A program made the position numbers and the translations under genes. A stretch of DNA of 31,652 nt from Candidatus Altimarinota bacterium. GTDB lineage: Bacteria; Patescibacteriota; Gracilibacteria; BD1-5; UBA2023. Shown piece after piece: positions 15,319-24,925 of the stretch (positions are counted from its first letter, which is position 1; the number at the start of each line of letters is the position of its first letter). Below the pieces are notes generated by a model, which saw nothing but the letters and a program-made list of their open reading frames with translations, had not been told where the DNA came from and did not search any database. The DNA lies in NCBI GenBank assembly GCA_043720755.1, contig JAYSSB010000130.1, forward strand, positions 1 to 31,652. The letters run 5' to 3'.

Positions 15319-15819
15319 ATGAAAAAAATTCCCGAGAAAAAAAAGAGGGTAAGACGAACACCACAGCCGCCAATAAAACCCACAATATCAGATGAAGAAA
15401 AAAAGGGCCGATACAAGCTCAATGAATTTGAGCAATACGCTCTTTTCCTATCTCTGCCGAAAAAAGATCGCAAGCTCGAATTCGGATTTGATACTGACAA
15501 AGATTTTGCAAAAGAATTTGAAATGAATGCCGGGACTCTGTCTGAATGGAAGTGGGACGCAAAGCTCTGGGAAAAGCGCGATGAATATCTACTCCGACTC
15601 CGAAAGCATACGGCTGATATTCTCGAGGCCGTCGCTCAGCGTGCCATCAAGTCCGGAGATTCTTTCCATGCTTTAAACTATATGAAAATGGTGGAGGACT
15701 ATACCGATCGGACCGGACTGGATCTGACATCAAAGGGAAAGAAAGTCGAGGGATTCAAATTCGTGGTCCATAAAGCTCCGAAGCGAGCAGATAAAAAAGA
15801 CCATGAGACAACTACTTGA
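15319..15819 (+). CDS. terS: Terminase small subunit
   Basis: HTH-like DFAKEFEMNAGTLSEWK; directly upstream of, and overlapping, terL. Confidence 0.75.
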   Translation: MKKIPEKKKRVRRTPQPPIKPTISDEEKKGRYKLNEFEQYALFLSLPKKDRKLEFGFDTDKDFAKEFEMNAGTLSEWKWDAKLWEKRDEYLLRLRKHTADILEAVAQRAIKSGDSFHALNYMKMVEDYTDRTGLDLTSKGKKVEGFKFVVHKAPKRADKKDHETTT

Positions 15820-17083
15820 CGACGATATTGACATCAAGCTCGATGAAAATGGTCTCGTGGAGATCGGAGTCACTGATCAGGCGGTGCAAGTCTTTGAATC
15901 GACTGCTCGCATTGTAGCTCTCGAGGGCGGTACACGATCCGGAAAGACAATCGCCATCGCTCAGAATTTCATTCGTCTCTCAAAGGATCAGACGAAGCGG
16001 AGAAAAATGTCGATTGTGCGAAAGACATTTCCATCTCTCCGGGCGACTGCTATGGAGGATTACTTTACGCTGCGAAAAGAGTATGGAGTATATGAAAAAA
16101 GGCAGCACTCTCTCTCATTGCACAATTATGTCGATGGTAAAAACATCACTGAATTTTTCTCTCTTGATAATGAGCAAAAGGTCCGCGGCCGAAAGCGAAA
16201 TCATCTGTGGATCAATGAAGCAAATGAGCTCGAATACAATGAATTTGCTCAGCTCGCTTTTCGTACTGACGGACAGATATTTCTCGATTTTAACCCGGTA
16301 GAGGAGGACCACTGGATCGTGCAAAAAATTCTCTCCCGGAAAGACGTTTTATATATTCGCAGCAATTACCGGATGAATCCATTTCTGCCGGTCGAGATCG
16401 TCCGAGAAATTGAGGAGCTCGAGCGTGCCGATGAAAACTACTGGAGAGTATTCGGACTCGGGGAGCGTCCGGTCAAAGGTGCAAAGATATATACTCATTA
16501 CAATACCGTCGATGATTTCGTGATTGAGGACTTTGACGAGGTGATCTATGGTCTCGATTTTGGATACAACAATAAATCAGCGATTGTCCGGATCGGGGTG
16601 AAAGATAACGAATGGACATGGGATGAGCTGCTTTATAAATCTCATCTGACTAACTCAGATCTAAAGCGTGAGATGCATCAAATGCGAAAAGACGGACTGA
16701 TCACATCATCGATGCAAGGATTCGCCGATGCTGCAGAGCCGGACCGTATCGATGAGCTGAATCGAACTGAGGACGATGCGACTCTCGGAGAGACGATCGA
16801 TGGATTCAATGTGGTGAAAGCTGACAAATCAGTGTCGGGTAATGATGCAAAGAAAAATCCCGTCGGTATTGATTTCGTAAAGTCTCGCCGTCTCAATATC
16901 ACAAAAAGATCAGTGAACATTCTTTCAGAGATCGGGAAGTATTCATTCAAGACCGATCGAAACGGAAACATTCTCGATGAGCCGGTAAAAGTGAATGATC
17001 ACTTAATGGATGCCGGTCGCTATGGTGAGTACACATTCGGAAAGGAAATGATGGATGGGGGAGTGAATATCCGCACACTCTAG
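15803..17083 (+). CDS. terL: Terminase large subunit, PBSX/SPP1 type (Terminase_3)
   Basis: Walker A EGGTRSGKT; RGRKRNHLWINEANE; DFNP; nuclease motifs GLDFGY and NDHLMDAGRY. Confidence 0.95.
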   Translation: MRQLLDDDIDIKLDENGLVEIGVTDQAVQVFESTARIVALEGGTRSGKTIAIAQNFIRLSKDQTKRRKMSIVRKTFPSLRATAMEDYFTLRKEYGVYEKRQHSLSLHNYVDGKNITEFFSLDNEQKVRGRKRNHLWINEANELEYNEFAQLAFRTDGQIFLDFNPVEEDHWIVQKILSRKDVLYIRSNYRMNPFLPVEIVREIEELERADENYWRVFGLGERPVKGAKIYTHYNTVDDFVIEDFDEVIYGLDFGYNNKSAIVRIGVKDNEWTWDELLYKSHLTNSDLKREMHQMRKDGLITSSMQGFADAAEPDRIDELNRTEDDATLGETIDGFNVVKADKSVSGNDAKKNPVGIDFVKSRRLNITKRSVNILSEIGKYSFKTDRNGNILDEPVKVNDHLMDAGRYGEYTFGKEMMDGGVNIRTL

Positions 17084-17096
17084 CGCGATAATGAAT

Positions 17097-17106
17097 GTGA
17101 TATCAT
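17097..17106 (+). promoter_or_regulatory. Putative extended -10 promoter GTGA-TATCAT, 8 nt before ATG 17115
   Basis: TGn plus TATCAT. Confidence 0.5.
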
Positions 17107-17114
17107 TCACGTAT

Positions 17115-17405
17115 ATGGAAACACCAATTCTTTCACCAATTCAGCCGATCTCTGACGAGAAAAGAAAAACTCTCATGATCAAACAAGTGGCAGAGCAAAA
17201 CGTGCTCGCAGCGGCGCAGCGATACATCAAAACTCGGGACCGGAAAGAGCTCGAGTATATTCAAGCGATCTGCGACACTCTCGACGATGCATTTTGTCTC
17301 ATGATCGATCAGACTGACGGAATCCCGGTCTGCGTGACGTTCAATCCCGGTGCAGATATTCCCACTCTCGGGGATGATGACAGATCTCCGGAGGTGCTAT
17401 CATAA
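17115..17405 (+). CDS. Hypothetical protein between terL and portal (start 17115 preferred over 17091)
   Basis: tatATG context with a -10 hexamer 8 nt upstream. Confidence 0.65.
   Translation: METPILSPIQPISDEKRKTLMIKQVAEQNVLAAAQRYIKTRDRKELEYIQAICDTLDDAFCLMIDQTDGIPVCVTFNPGADIPTLGDDDRSPEVLS
17394..17403 (+). promoter_or_regulatory. Putative extended -10 promoter GTGC-TATCAT, 7 nt before the portal ATG
   Basis: TGn plus TATCAT. Confidence 0.55.
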
Positions 17406-17410
17406 AAAAT

Positions 17411-19678
17411 ATGAAATTCACTGATCGTATAAAAGACGCGGCGCGAGTGCTGAGTGGAAAAGCATTTGGAATGAGCTCATCACAGTATTTTTTCAGCCTT
17501 GCCGGGAAAGGCAGTCTCCGCAAAGCATCGATCGAAGCAGATCCGGCCGGTGGATATGCCGGATGGGTATATGCAGCAATCTCAAAACGAGCAAAGCGGA
17601 TCGGAGCGATCGATCTACATCTTTTTGAACTCATGCGAAATGGAGATCTCAAAGAGCATGACGATCATGAGGTGCTATCACTTTTATACAAGGCGAATCC
17701 AATGCAGACTCAGTATCAATTTTTCTATACGCTCGAGATGATGCTCGGAATCTGGGGATCTGCTCCAATTTACAAGGACCGCGCCGGAGCAAAACGAATT
17801 CAAAATCTATGGCCGCTCCGTCCAGATCTACTTTCAGCACAGACCGATCGAAACGGTCGAGTGCTTTCATACACGTATCGAATCCCGGGCAGAATGATGA
17901 ACATCCATCCCGAGGATATTATCAATATCAATGAGCCGTCTCCGATCTCACTCATCGCCGGGCATTCGCCTACAATGGCAGCCGGTCTCGAGATCGACTC
18001 TGACATCGCCGCGGCTGTCTGGAATAAGCACTTGCTCGAGAACTTTGCAGAGCCGGGTGGAGTGCTCACAACTGATAAATCTCTCAGCGATAAGGAATTC
18101 GAGCGCTTGAAAGAGCAGTGGGAAAAGCGTCAGTCAGGTCCGACAAATGCCGGACGATGGGCCATTTTAGAAAAGGGATTGAAAGCCGAAGTGATGGCGA
18201 AAGGTCCGAAAGATATGGAGCTGCTCGAGTCACGTCGATTCCATAGAAACGCTATCACAGCGATTCTCGGAGTACCGATGGCGCTCATGACTGCAGAGGA
18301 TGTGAATCTTGCTAATGCTGAGGCCGCTGAGCGTGTATTCGCCACAGATACAGTCGATCCTCAAATGAAACTGATCACAGGATGTCTCAATGAATTCATG
18401 ATCACTGAATTCGGAGAGAATCTTTATGTTGATTATGAGTCGCCGATTCCGGAGGATACTCAAAAGAAAATCAATCTCGCTCTCGCCGGGGAGGGACGAT
18501 GGATGACGGTCAATGAAGCTCGTGACATCTTTGATCTCCCGGAACTGGAGGGCGGTGACGCTATTTTCAAACCGCTGGGAGTAATGGCACAGGTAGGGAA
18601 AGACAAAGAGTCGGTCCCGGAATTTTCTGAGAATTCAATTCGTGGATATGAGCGAATCGAAATGCCAAAAAGCGATCGTCCTAGTCGTAAGAATGCAAAG
18701 ATCATTCGTGCGATCAAGTCTCGATCTGCGGTCCGTCGTAAGCTGCAAAATGGAATCGTCGAGCGTGTGATTTCAGAGATTGAAGCTCACTCGAGTCACG
18801 TATGTGGAAAAACGTGTGAACATGGGGATAAAAAAGTGATGATCAAATTCAAGGGAGCAACGTCAGTCAGACTGAAATCAGACGAAGAATCAGAAATGCA
18901 TCCGAGACTGATCGCTGAGCGAAAGTCTTTTCTCCGGTCCTTGCCGAAAGCGCAGCTCAAATATCGCCGCCGATTTACAAAGTTTTTCACTGATCAAAAA
19001 TCAGAGGTGCTCGCTAATGTGACAGAGGCCGGGATTCCGAAAGGTCGCGGCGGAGCAATTGCTGCAAAGTCATCGGCTGATAAATGGATCAACCGGATTC
19101 TATTCAATATGAGTGATGCAGATGATGCCGTCGAGGAAATCGGAGGCGATATGTATCGAGATAACATCTCAGTCGGATCAAGTGCAATTGCATCACTGCT
19201 CGGAGTGGATCCGTCTGATATTCTTGCAGCTCCATTCGTGCTCAAATTCGTCGAGAAAAAATCATTTGAGCTGCTCAAGGTGAATGAAACAACTCGAGAG
19301 GATCTGCGAAATACTCTCCGCGACGGTCTAGCTCTCGGGGAAGACATTGGACAGATCCGGGGACGTATCGAGGACACATACAAAAAAGCTGAATCATTCA
19401 GGGCGGAAACAATTGCTCGCACTGAGGTCGGATCAGCGCAGAATTTCGGACGTCTCGCAGAAATGGAGCAGCAAAATGTCGAGAAAAAGATCTGGATTGC
19501 TATCTTTTCAGACACTCGAGAGGACCATAAAGAGGCCGATGGACAGGTGGTCGGACGCGATGATTCTTTCATTGTCGGAGGCGAATCTCTCGAGTATCCG
19601 GGTGATCCGTCAGGCTCAGCGGCTAATGTCATCAATTGTCAGTGCAGCGTATCCCCTACTCTGAAAGATGTGACATAG
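17411..19678 (+). CDS. HK97-family portal protein fused to a Mu gpF / SPP1 gp7-like minor head domain
   Basis: Portal motifs LWPLRP, NFAEPGGVL and ILGVP in the N-terminal half; C-terminal RAETIARTEV, H..ADGQ and EYPGDP..VINCQC of gpF-like proteins. Confidence 0.9.
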   Translation: MKFTDRIKDAARVLSGKAFGMSSSQYFFSLAGKGSLRKASIEADPAGGYAGWVYAAISKRAKRIGAIDLHLFELMRNGDLKEHDDHEVLSLLYKANPMQTQYQFFYTLEMMLGIWGSAPIYKDRAGAKRIQNLWPLRPDLLSAQTDRNGRVLSYTYRIPGRMMNIHPEDIININEPSPISLIAGHSPTMAAGLEIDSDIAAAVWNKHLLENFAEPGGVLTTDKSLSDKEFERLKEQWEKRQSGPTNAGRWAILEKGLKAEVMAKGPKDMELLESRRFHRNAITAILGVPMALMTAEDVNLANAEAAERVFATDTVDPQMKLITGCLNEFMITEFGENLYVDYESPIPEDTQKKINLALAGEGRWMTVNEARDIFDLPELEGGDAIFKPLGVMAQVGKDKESVPEFSENSIRGYERIEMPKSDRPSRKNAKIIRAIKSRSAVRRKLQNGIVERVISEIEAHSSHVCGKTCEHGDKKVMIKFKGATSVRLKSDEESEMHPRLIAERKSFLRSLPKAQLKYRRRFTKFFTDQKSEVLANVTEAGIPKGRGGAIAAKSSADKWINRILFNMSDADDAVEEIGGDMYRDNISVGSSAIASLLGVDPSDILAAPFVLKFVEKKSFELLKVNETTREDLRNTLRDGLALGEDIGQIRGRIEDTYKKAESFRAETIARTEVGSAQNFGRLAEMEQQNVEKKIWIAIFSDTREDHKEADGQVVGRDDSFIVGGESLEYPGDPSGSAANVINCQCSVSPTLKDVT

Positions 19679-19686
19679 AGAATCAG

Positions 19687-19696
19687 GTGATATCAT
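19687..19696 (+). promoter_or_regulatory. Putative extended -10 promoter GTGA-TATCAT for the fibre module
   Basis: 27 nt upstream of ATG 19724, with an AT-rich leader. Confidence 0.5.
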
Positions 19697-19723
19697 TTAT
19701 TCATAAAGTTATAAATCAATTAT

Positions 19724-20272
19724 ATGGCGACATTCATTTGGACATTACAGGGGACCACTCCCACAACAATCGACGCAACTGATCGCGTGCAGCTTGCCGG
19801 AGCCGGAGGATTTGATTCAAAGATCACAGTGGGTCAGTATAACGACTCAAGTCATGTGAAAACTAGCGGCAACGCAAACAAGTCATCTGCTAATGCTCCA
19901 CGCAATAACAAATTTTTGACTGGGACCACTATCTCTATCAATGGTGCTGGGGGAATTAACTTAAACACTGCCACAAATGCAAACTGCGCTCTGCTCATCA
20001 ACTTTGCAGATCCGGCATCGGTCGCCATCACTGGAGCGATTTTCTATGCATACGATGGCACTACTCCGGCCACTCCCCCGGTCGGAATCACATTTAAAGC
20101 GGCCGAACAGGGAGACGCTGCATGGACTGACGCTGAGGGATCTGGATCTGGAGTCACTCTCAATGACAAAGCCGCATCAACATCTCATAACTACTTTGTA
20201 TTGATCTCAGGATCTCCGGATTCAGTCGGACTCAAGTCATACGCATTCCGATGTGAGCTTACTTATTCTTAA
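19724..20272 (+). CDS. Putative virion structural protein (beta-rich, Ala/Thr/Gly/Asn-rich)
   Basis: Composition and position in the head region; no catalytic motif seen. Confidence 0.55.
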   Translation: MATFIWTLQGTTPTTIDATDRVQLAGAGGFDSKITVGQYNDSSHVKTSGNANKSSANAPRNNKFLTGTTISINGAGGINLNTATNANCALLINFADPASVAITGAIFYAYDGTTPATPPVGITFKAAEQGDAAWTDAEGSGSGVTLNDKAASTSHNYFVLISGSPDSVGLKSYAFRCELTYS

Positions 20273-20281
20273 AATATCAAT

Positions 20282-20590
20282 ATGAAATTTTTATCTAGCG
20301 AACTACTCGCAAAAACCAGAGTCGAAAATGTTGCAGATATGATCGGTAAGATCAGTATCAGTATCGGAGGAATATCAGTGAATGATTCAGGTCATGTCAT
20401 TGATCTCGGAGAATCTAAATCAGTAGAGGTGATCATCGGTGACGATATCCATTCAGTCGAAATCACTGAGGCAGATGATAGCGACATGAGTGAGGGCCTC
20501 AAAGCTCTCCGCACTGCCGAAGTTGAAGCAATCGAAGCCGCAGAAAAAGAAGCTGAGGAAAATAAATCTCAGGATCTCATGGGCGCGTAA
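20282..20590 (+). CDS. Hypothetical acidic protein
   Basis: 102-aa ORF in operon. Confidence 0.6.
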   Translation: MKFLSSELLAKTRVENVADMIGKISISIGGISVNDSGHVIDLGESKSVEVIIGDDIHSVEITEADDSDMSEGLKALRTAEVEAIEAAEKEAEENKSQDLMGA

Positions 20591-20631
20591 ATTACTCATT
20601 AAAAAAAAGAGGCCTCACGGACTCAAAATAT

Positions 20632-21039
20632 ATGCATAAGGTTCAATTCATCATCGGTCTCTCAAATGGCGAGATGATCACAGAGGGAAAAGGAAACTTT
20701 CAGCGAACAGCCGGAGATCTTTCACCATACATGAGAGCACTCAGGTACATCGCGGAGCAAGGCGTGAAAATCACGTCTTTTTCTCTATACACTGCAGATG
20801 GTCGGAGGTGGAATCTACCATCGGCCGGAAAGAATCCAAAATTCAAAGAGGTGGGAGAATACCCAGTCCCGATATCATTTCATTTTTTCAGGAAAGCCGG
20901 GATCGATATTGATCCGGATGATGGCACTCAGACTCTCACTGATTCATTCGTGGTCGCTGAGGCACAATATCCCGATGGTCATACGGTGCAGCTCTGGGTC
21001 AATGATGAGACAATGAATGCATGGACATTTTATAAATAA
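20632..21039 (+). CDS. Hypothetical protein
   Basis: 135-aa ORF in operon. Confidence 0.65.
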   Translation: MHKVQFIIGLSNGEMITEGKGNFQRTAGDLSPYMRALRYIAEQGVKITSFSLYTADGRRWNLPSAGKNPKFKEVGEYPVPISFHFFRKAGIDIDPDDGTQTLTDSFVVAEAQYPDGHTVQLWVNDETMNAWTFYK

Positions 21040-21048
21040 AAAAAATAT

Positions 21049-21861
21049 ATGATTACTACACGAGACCAACTGATTGACGCTATAGCAAACAACTCATCTC
21101 GAGTCGTTATTGATAAAGCAAGTATCGCCAACGCACTCGCCGGGCAATTTTTCAGCTTATGGACTGCTACAGGAATTCCGGGAGCCGGTGCTGCTCCGGC
21201 CGCTGCAGCCGTTCCGACTGGGGCAACAACTGGAGCGATGCCATTTGTAAATCAGACGCTCCCGGTAACGTCATATCTCGCATGGCTTGCCGGGCAATTC
21301 TCGCTCTCAGCATCAAATCTAGAAATCCACGATCGTCTCGCTCACATGGGTGGTCTCAATGGTACAGTAATCACAGCACAGGGAGCTCTCTCTCTAGTAA
21401 CTAACTCTCCCGGCGCTGCTCGACTTGGTGATGCGAATTACTCTGACGTGAGTTGGTGGCTTGAGATATTTACGACTCTAGGTACTGGAGTAGTAAATGC
21501 GACAGTCACAGTCGAATATAACGATGCAACGACAGGATCTCTCCCGGCATTTTCGCTTGGAGCAAGTGCTCGACAAGGACGACTCTATCCGCTCGTCTCT
21601 GCAGTGGCCGGAAAATTTATTCGAGCGGTCACTGGAGTCACTCTTTCAGCGACGACAAACACTGCCGGAAATTTCGGGATTACTGCTACACGTCCACGAA
21701 CATCTGTTTCGGCTCCCTTACTCAATAAAACTGAGACGTATGACTGGGCTCAACTCGGACTCCCAAATATACCAAATGATTCATGTCTCATGATGCTCAT
21801 GCTTTGTGGTACGACATCGACAGGGACCGTCAGAGGGCAAGGAAAGATCGCTCACGGTTAA
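21049..21861 (+). CDS. Putative fibre-associated structural protein
   Basis: Ala/Gly/Thr-rich beta protein with SLW..TGIPGAG motif, immediately upstream of the large fibre gene. Confidence 0.55.
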   Translation: MITTRDQLIDAIANNSSRVVIDKASIANALAGQFFSLWTATGIPGAGAAPAAAAVPTGATTGAMPFVNQTLPVTSYLAWLAGQFSLSASNLEIHDRLAHMGGLNGTVITAQGALSLVTNSPGAARLGDANYSDVSWWLEIFTTLGTGVVNATVTVEYNDATTGSLPAFSLGASARQGRLYPLVSAVAGKFIRAVTGVTLSATTNTAGNFGITATRPRTSVSAPLLNKTETYDWAQLGLPNIPNDSCLMMLMLCGTTSTGTVRGQGKIAHG

Positions 21862-21867
21862 AAATAC

Positions 21868-24552
21868 ATGAAAATTCCGTCCCCACAATTCGATCTCCCG
21901 AGAAATTTATCGGGAGGAAGTGACGCATGGGACGAAGTCCAGGGCGGAGTTGTTCTTAGTAATGATTTTTTTGACGATGCTCCGCCGGTTACTGGATGGC
22001 TGAGCGGATGGTCAAATCGTGTAAAAGTAACAATCGCAGCGTCACAAGTTACGGCAGATTTAACAGATTTCCCGGTCTATGTAGATCTCGCAACTCTACC
22101 GGCCGGATTTCATTCAATTGTTAAAACAGATGGGGGAGATATTCGTGTTACTACAGCCGACGGTCTCACTCAAGTCCCGAGAGAAGTAGTGGTATACAAT
22201 GCCGCCACTGATACCGGGGAAATGCACTTTAAAGGACCGCTCGTTTCAGATACCGTCAACACTGATTTTTATATTTATTTCGGGAATGCTGCAGCGAATG
22301 AGCCTACAGTGTCAGCGACATTCGGGGCTCAAAATGTGTGGACCAATGCATATCTTGCGGTCTATCACATGCAACAAGATCCGTCTGGTAACGGTACGGA
22401 CGCAGTCAAAGACAGTACGGCCAATGCTCATCATCTCACTCCGGCCGGAGCGCCGATCCTTGCCACAGGAAAGCTCTCCGGGAGGGCCATTGCATTCGAT
22501 GGAGTGAATGATCAACTCGTCGATGCTGATCAAGCATGGCTCAATTCCTATGATCAAGTCACTGTCTCAATGTGGTCGAATTTTGCGAGTGCCGATGGCG
22601 CTCAAAATGCCACGATCTATCGATATACATCTGCAGAGCCTCAGAGAAATTCAGCTCATTGTCCGTGGGCTAATGAATTTTATTTCGATTTCGGAGATGT
22701 CGGTGGTCCGGGCCGTGTGGCTGGGAGCTATCTACCATACGACGATAAATATACTCTGATCCATTTCACATCAAATGGATCTACTAGAAAAAGAATTTAT
22801 GGTGACGGCGCTCTCGCGTATTCAAATGATGTCACTGCAGCAAATCCGAATGTGACTCTGACTGGTCTCACTATCGGATCCGGTGGAGGCGTCGAATGGC
22901 ACAAAGGGATCGTCGATGAATTCCGAGCAGCTACAGTCGAAAGGACTGCTCAATGGATTGCGGCCGAAAATGTTAATCAGGCCACTCCGGGGACGTTTTA
23001 TGGAGTGGGAATTGTTGAGACTGCATCTGGATCCACTACAGTAAATAACAATCGAAATTCTGAGCTCTCAGGATCTATATCGATGAATGTCATCCGCTCT
23101 GCAGAAATGAGCGGCGGAAATGGCGCTGGAAATTTGGGAAGTGATACAAATGATGGAGGCACTCAAACTCGAGCGCTCGATCGTCTCTATCTTTCTCGAT
23201 TCATAGCAAGTGAAAACGGATTCGCAAAAACTGGATCCGCGTATCTCTCACATCTCACTGGAGCTGCAGCAATATCAAAATTTAAAATCGCAATATATAG
23301 CGACGTCAGTGGAGTACCGACTGCTCTGCTCGCAGTATCTCAAGAGGGAAATCTGATCGGGACCACAGAGGCTCTGTATACTCTCAATTTCCTTACTGGA
23401 AATCAGATCAAGCTCGTATCCGGGACCGCATACTGGATCGGAATATCAATCGAACTGAGCGACACTGGAGACAGTCATGCGATTTCACGACTGAATGATG
23501 CGAGTCTCGGATATATATGGGATCAAGAATATACAGGCGGTCCGGCGCCTACACTGCCGACAGCCGATTTTATTCTTAATGGTCCATACAATACCTTTGT
23601 TACATACGCGACAACTGGAGCCGCTAACGATATAAGATCGTCTGAGCTTTCTGGATCCGCTGCATCAAATGCCTTGAGATCGGCTGAATTAAGTGGTCAA
23701 GCATCATCAATTGACGTTCGATCTGCAGAGCTCTTCGGCTCAATCCTATCCACTGATCAAAGACCGGCTGAAATCAATGCAAGTGCTCCATCGAACTCAA
23801 TTCAATCGGCTGAAATTCAAGGTCAAGATACTGCATCATCAAATCGTCCATCGGAGATGACTGGTGTGCTCGGAGCTGCCGACAATCGACCGGCTGAAAT
23901 AACTGGAATTGCGACTGATAACAATATCCGCTCCGCTGAGATCTCAGGATCTCAATCAGCGGCAGTCAATCGATCATCTGAGTTGCAAGGAGCGGCCGGA
24001 TCAAACTCAGTGAGGTTCGCTGAAATGCATGGCCAAGATACATCGACAAATATCAGACCGGCTGAGCTTGCTGGAAAAATAGACTCATCATCAAATCGAC
24101 CGGCTGAGCTCTCCGGAGCAGCATCCTCAGCGGCAATCAGATCCGCTGAAATGGAGGGAGAAGTCGCGGCCGGTACAGCTATCAATTCAAATCGTCCGGC
24201 TGAGATCACTGGAGTTGATACAGGATCTAATATCAGATCGGCTGAAATGTCGGGAGCGGTCAGAGCAACATCTGATCGATTGTCAGAAATAAGATCGGAG
24301 GCGGCCATCGCATCTAATCGCTCAGCGGAAATGACTGGAGGATTTGCATCGTCATCAACACGTCTCTCCGAAATGAATGCAGCTTTCCGTCCTCAAGATA
24401 TCAAAGGTGATTTCACTATCGTATCAAAATCAGTGGACACAAATCTTGTCAGAGATATTGAGAATCTTTCATTGACTCGCAGTGAGGACAATTCAGATGT
24501 TACTCACAAGGGAGGGTCATACGGACTGACTCGAAAGGGTGATATCATATAA
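21868..24552 (+). CDS. Large fibre/adhesin: DUF2341 + LamG (ConA-like) head, 14-aa repeat stalk with an inserted beta-sandwich
   Basis: DUF2341 pattern W..R..VTI...LTDFPV..DGGDIR..YIYFGN; LamG pattern AVYHM..DST..AFDGVND; 20 copies of a xxxR(S/P)AE(L/I/M)xG repeat. Confidence 0.75.
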   Translation: MKIPSPQFDLPRNLSGGSDAWDEVQGGVVLSNDFFDDAPPVTGWLSGWSNRVKVTIAASQVTADLTDFPVYVDLATLPAGFHSIVKTDGGDIRVTTADGLTQVPREVVVYNAATDTGEMHFKGPLVSDTVNTDFYIYFGNAAANEPTVSATFGAQNVWTNAYLAVYHMQQDPSGNGTDAVKDSTANAHHLTPAGAPILATGKLSGRAIAFDGVNDQLVDADQAWLNSYDQVTVSMWSNFASADGAQNATIYRYTSAEPQRNSAHCPWANEFYFDFGDVGGPGRVAGSYLPYDDKYTLIHFTSNGSTRKRIYGDGALAYSNDVTAANPNVTLTGLTIGSGGGVEWHKGIVDEFRAATVERTAQWIAAENVNQATPGTFYGVGIVETASGSTTVNNNRNSELSGSISMNVIRSAEMSGGNGAGNLGSDTNDGGTQTRALDRLYLSRFIASENGFAKTGSAYLSHLTGAAAISKFKIAIYSDVSGVPTALLAVSQEGNLIGTTEALYTLNFLTGNQIKLVSGTAYWIGISIELSDTGDSHAISRLNDASLGYIWDQEYTGGPAPTLPTADFILNGPYNTFVTYATTGAANDIRSSELSGSAASNALRSAELSGQASSIDVRSAELFGSILSTDQRPAEINASAPSNSIQSAEIQGQDTASSNRPSEMTGVLGAADNRPAEITGIATDNNIRSAEISGSQSAAVNRSSELQGAAGSNSVRFAEMHGQDTSTNIRPAELAGKIDSSSNRPAELSGAASSAAIRSAEMEGEVAAGTAINSNRPAEITGVDTGSNIRSAEMSGAVRATSDRLSEIRSEAAIASNRSAEMTGGFASSSTRLSEMNAAFRPQDIKGDFTIVSKSVDTNLVRDIENLSLTRSEDNSDVTHKGGSYGLTRKGDII
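23626..24393 (+). repeat. 18 tandem 14-aa (42-nt) repeats, one with a 4-aa insertion
   Basis: From NDIRSSELSGSAAS to SSTRLSEMNAAFRP; two further copies at 23044-23127. Confidence 0.9.
24539..24548 (+). promoter_or_regulatory. Putative extended -10 promoter GTGA-TATCAT, 6 nt before ATG 24555
   Basis: TGn plus TATCAT. Confidence 0.5.
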
Positions 24553-24554
24553 AC

Positions 24555-24866
24555 ATGAAAATCGAAGTCATCAAAAACGATTTTGGATATGTGTATCGAT
24601 TTGCGCTTAAAGAGCCGAATGGCACAGCAACCGATCTCACTGCGGCCACAGTAATCATCCGAGCTCGTCACTCTGAGGATGCCGGATCTACACTCTCAAA
24701 AGCTCTGACGCTTGATACTCCACTCACAAATGGAATCGCATTTTATACACTAGCTGCCAACGATTTCCCGATCCCCGGCGTATACTATGCAGAGATTGAA
24801 ATGACGGTGACTGGGAAAAAAGTCACATACCCGGGATTCACGATCGTCGTTATCCCCAAAGTATAG
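24555..24866 (+). CDS. BppU N-terminal-like (Ig-fold) fibre adaptor
   Basis: DLTAATV..., GIAFYTLAANDF..PGVYYAEIEMT..TYP pattern. Confidence 0.65.
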   Translation: MKIEVIKNDFGYVYRFALKEPNGTATDLTAATVIIRARHSEDAGSTLSKALTLDTPLTNGIAFYTLAANDFPIPGVYYAEIEMTVTGKKVTYPGFTIVVIPKV

Positions 24867-24925
24867 CGAGCGAATCTGCGTGTGAGTTTATAAAATGAGG
24901 ATATCGGAAAACAACTTGTCAAATT

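Noticed and set aside
17389-17396. GGAGGTG upstream of the portal as an SD
   Set aside because: It is about 16 nt from the ATG and encodes PEVL of the upstream gene; an extended -10 explains the site better.
23044-24393. CRISPR array or DGR template/variable repeat pair
   Set aside because: The repeats are degenerate, in frame and conserved at the protein level, with no unique spacers. No reverse transcriptase or adenine-specific variation was seen.
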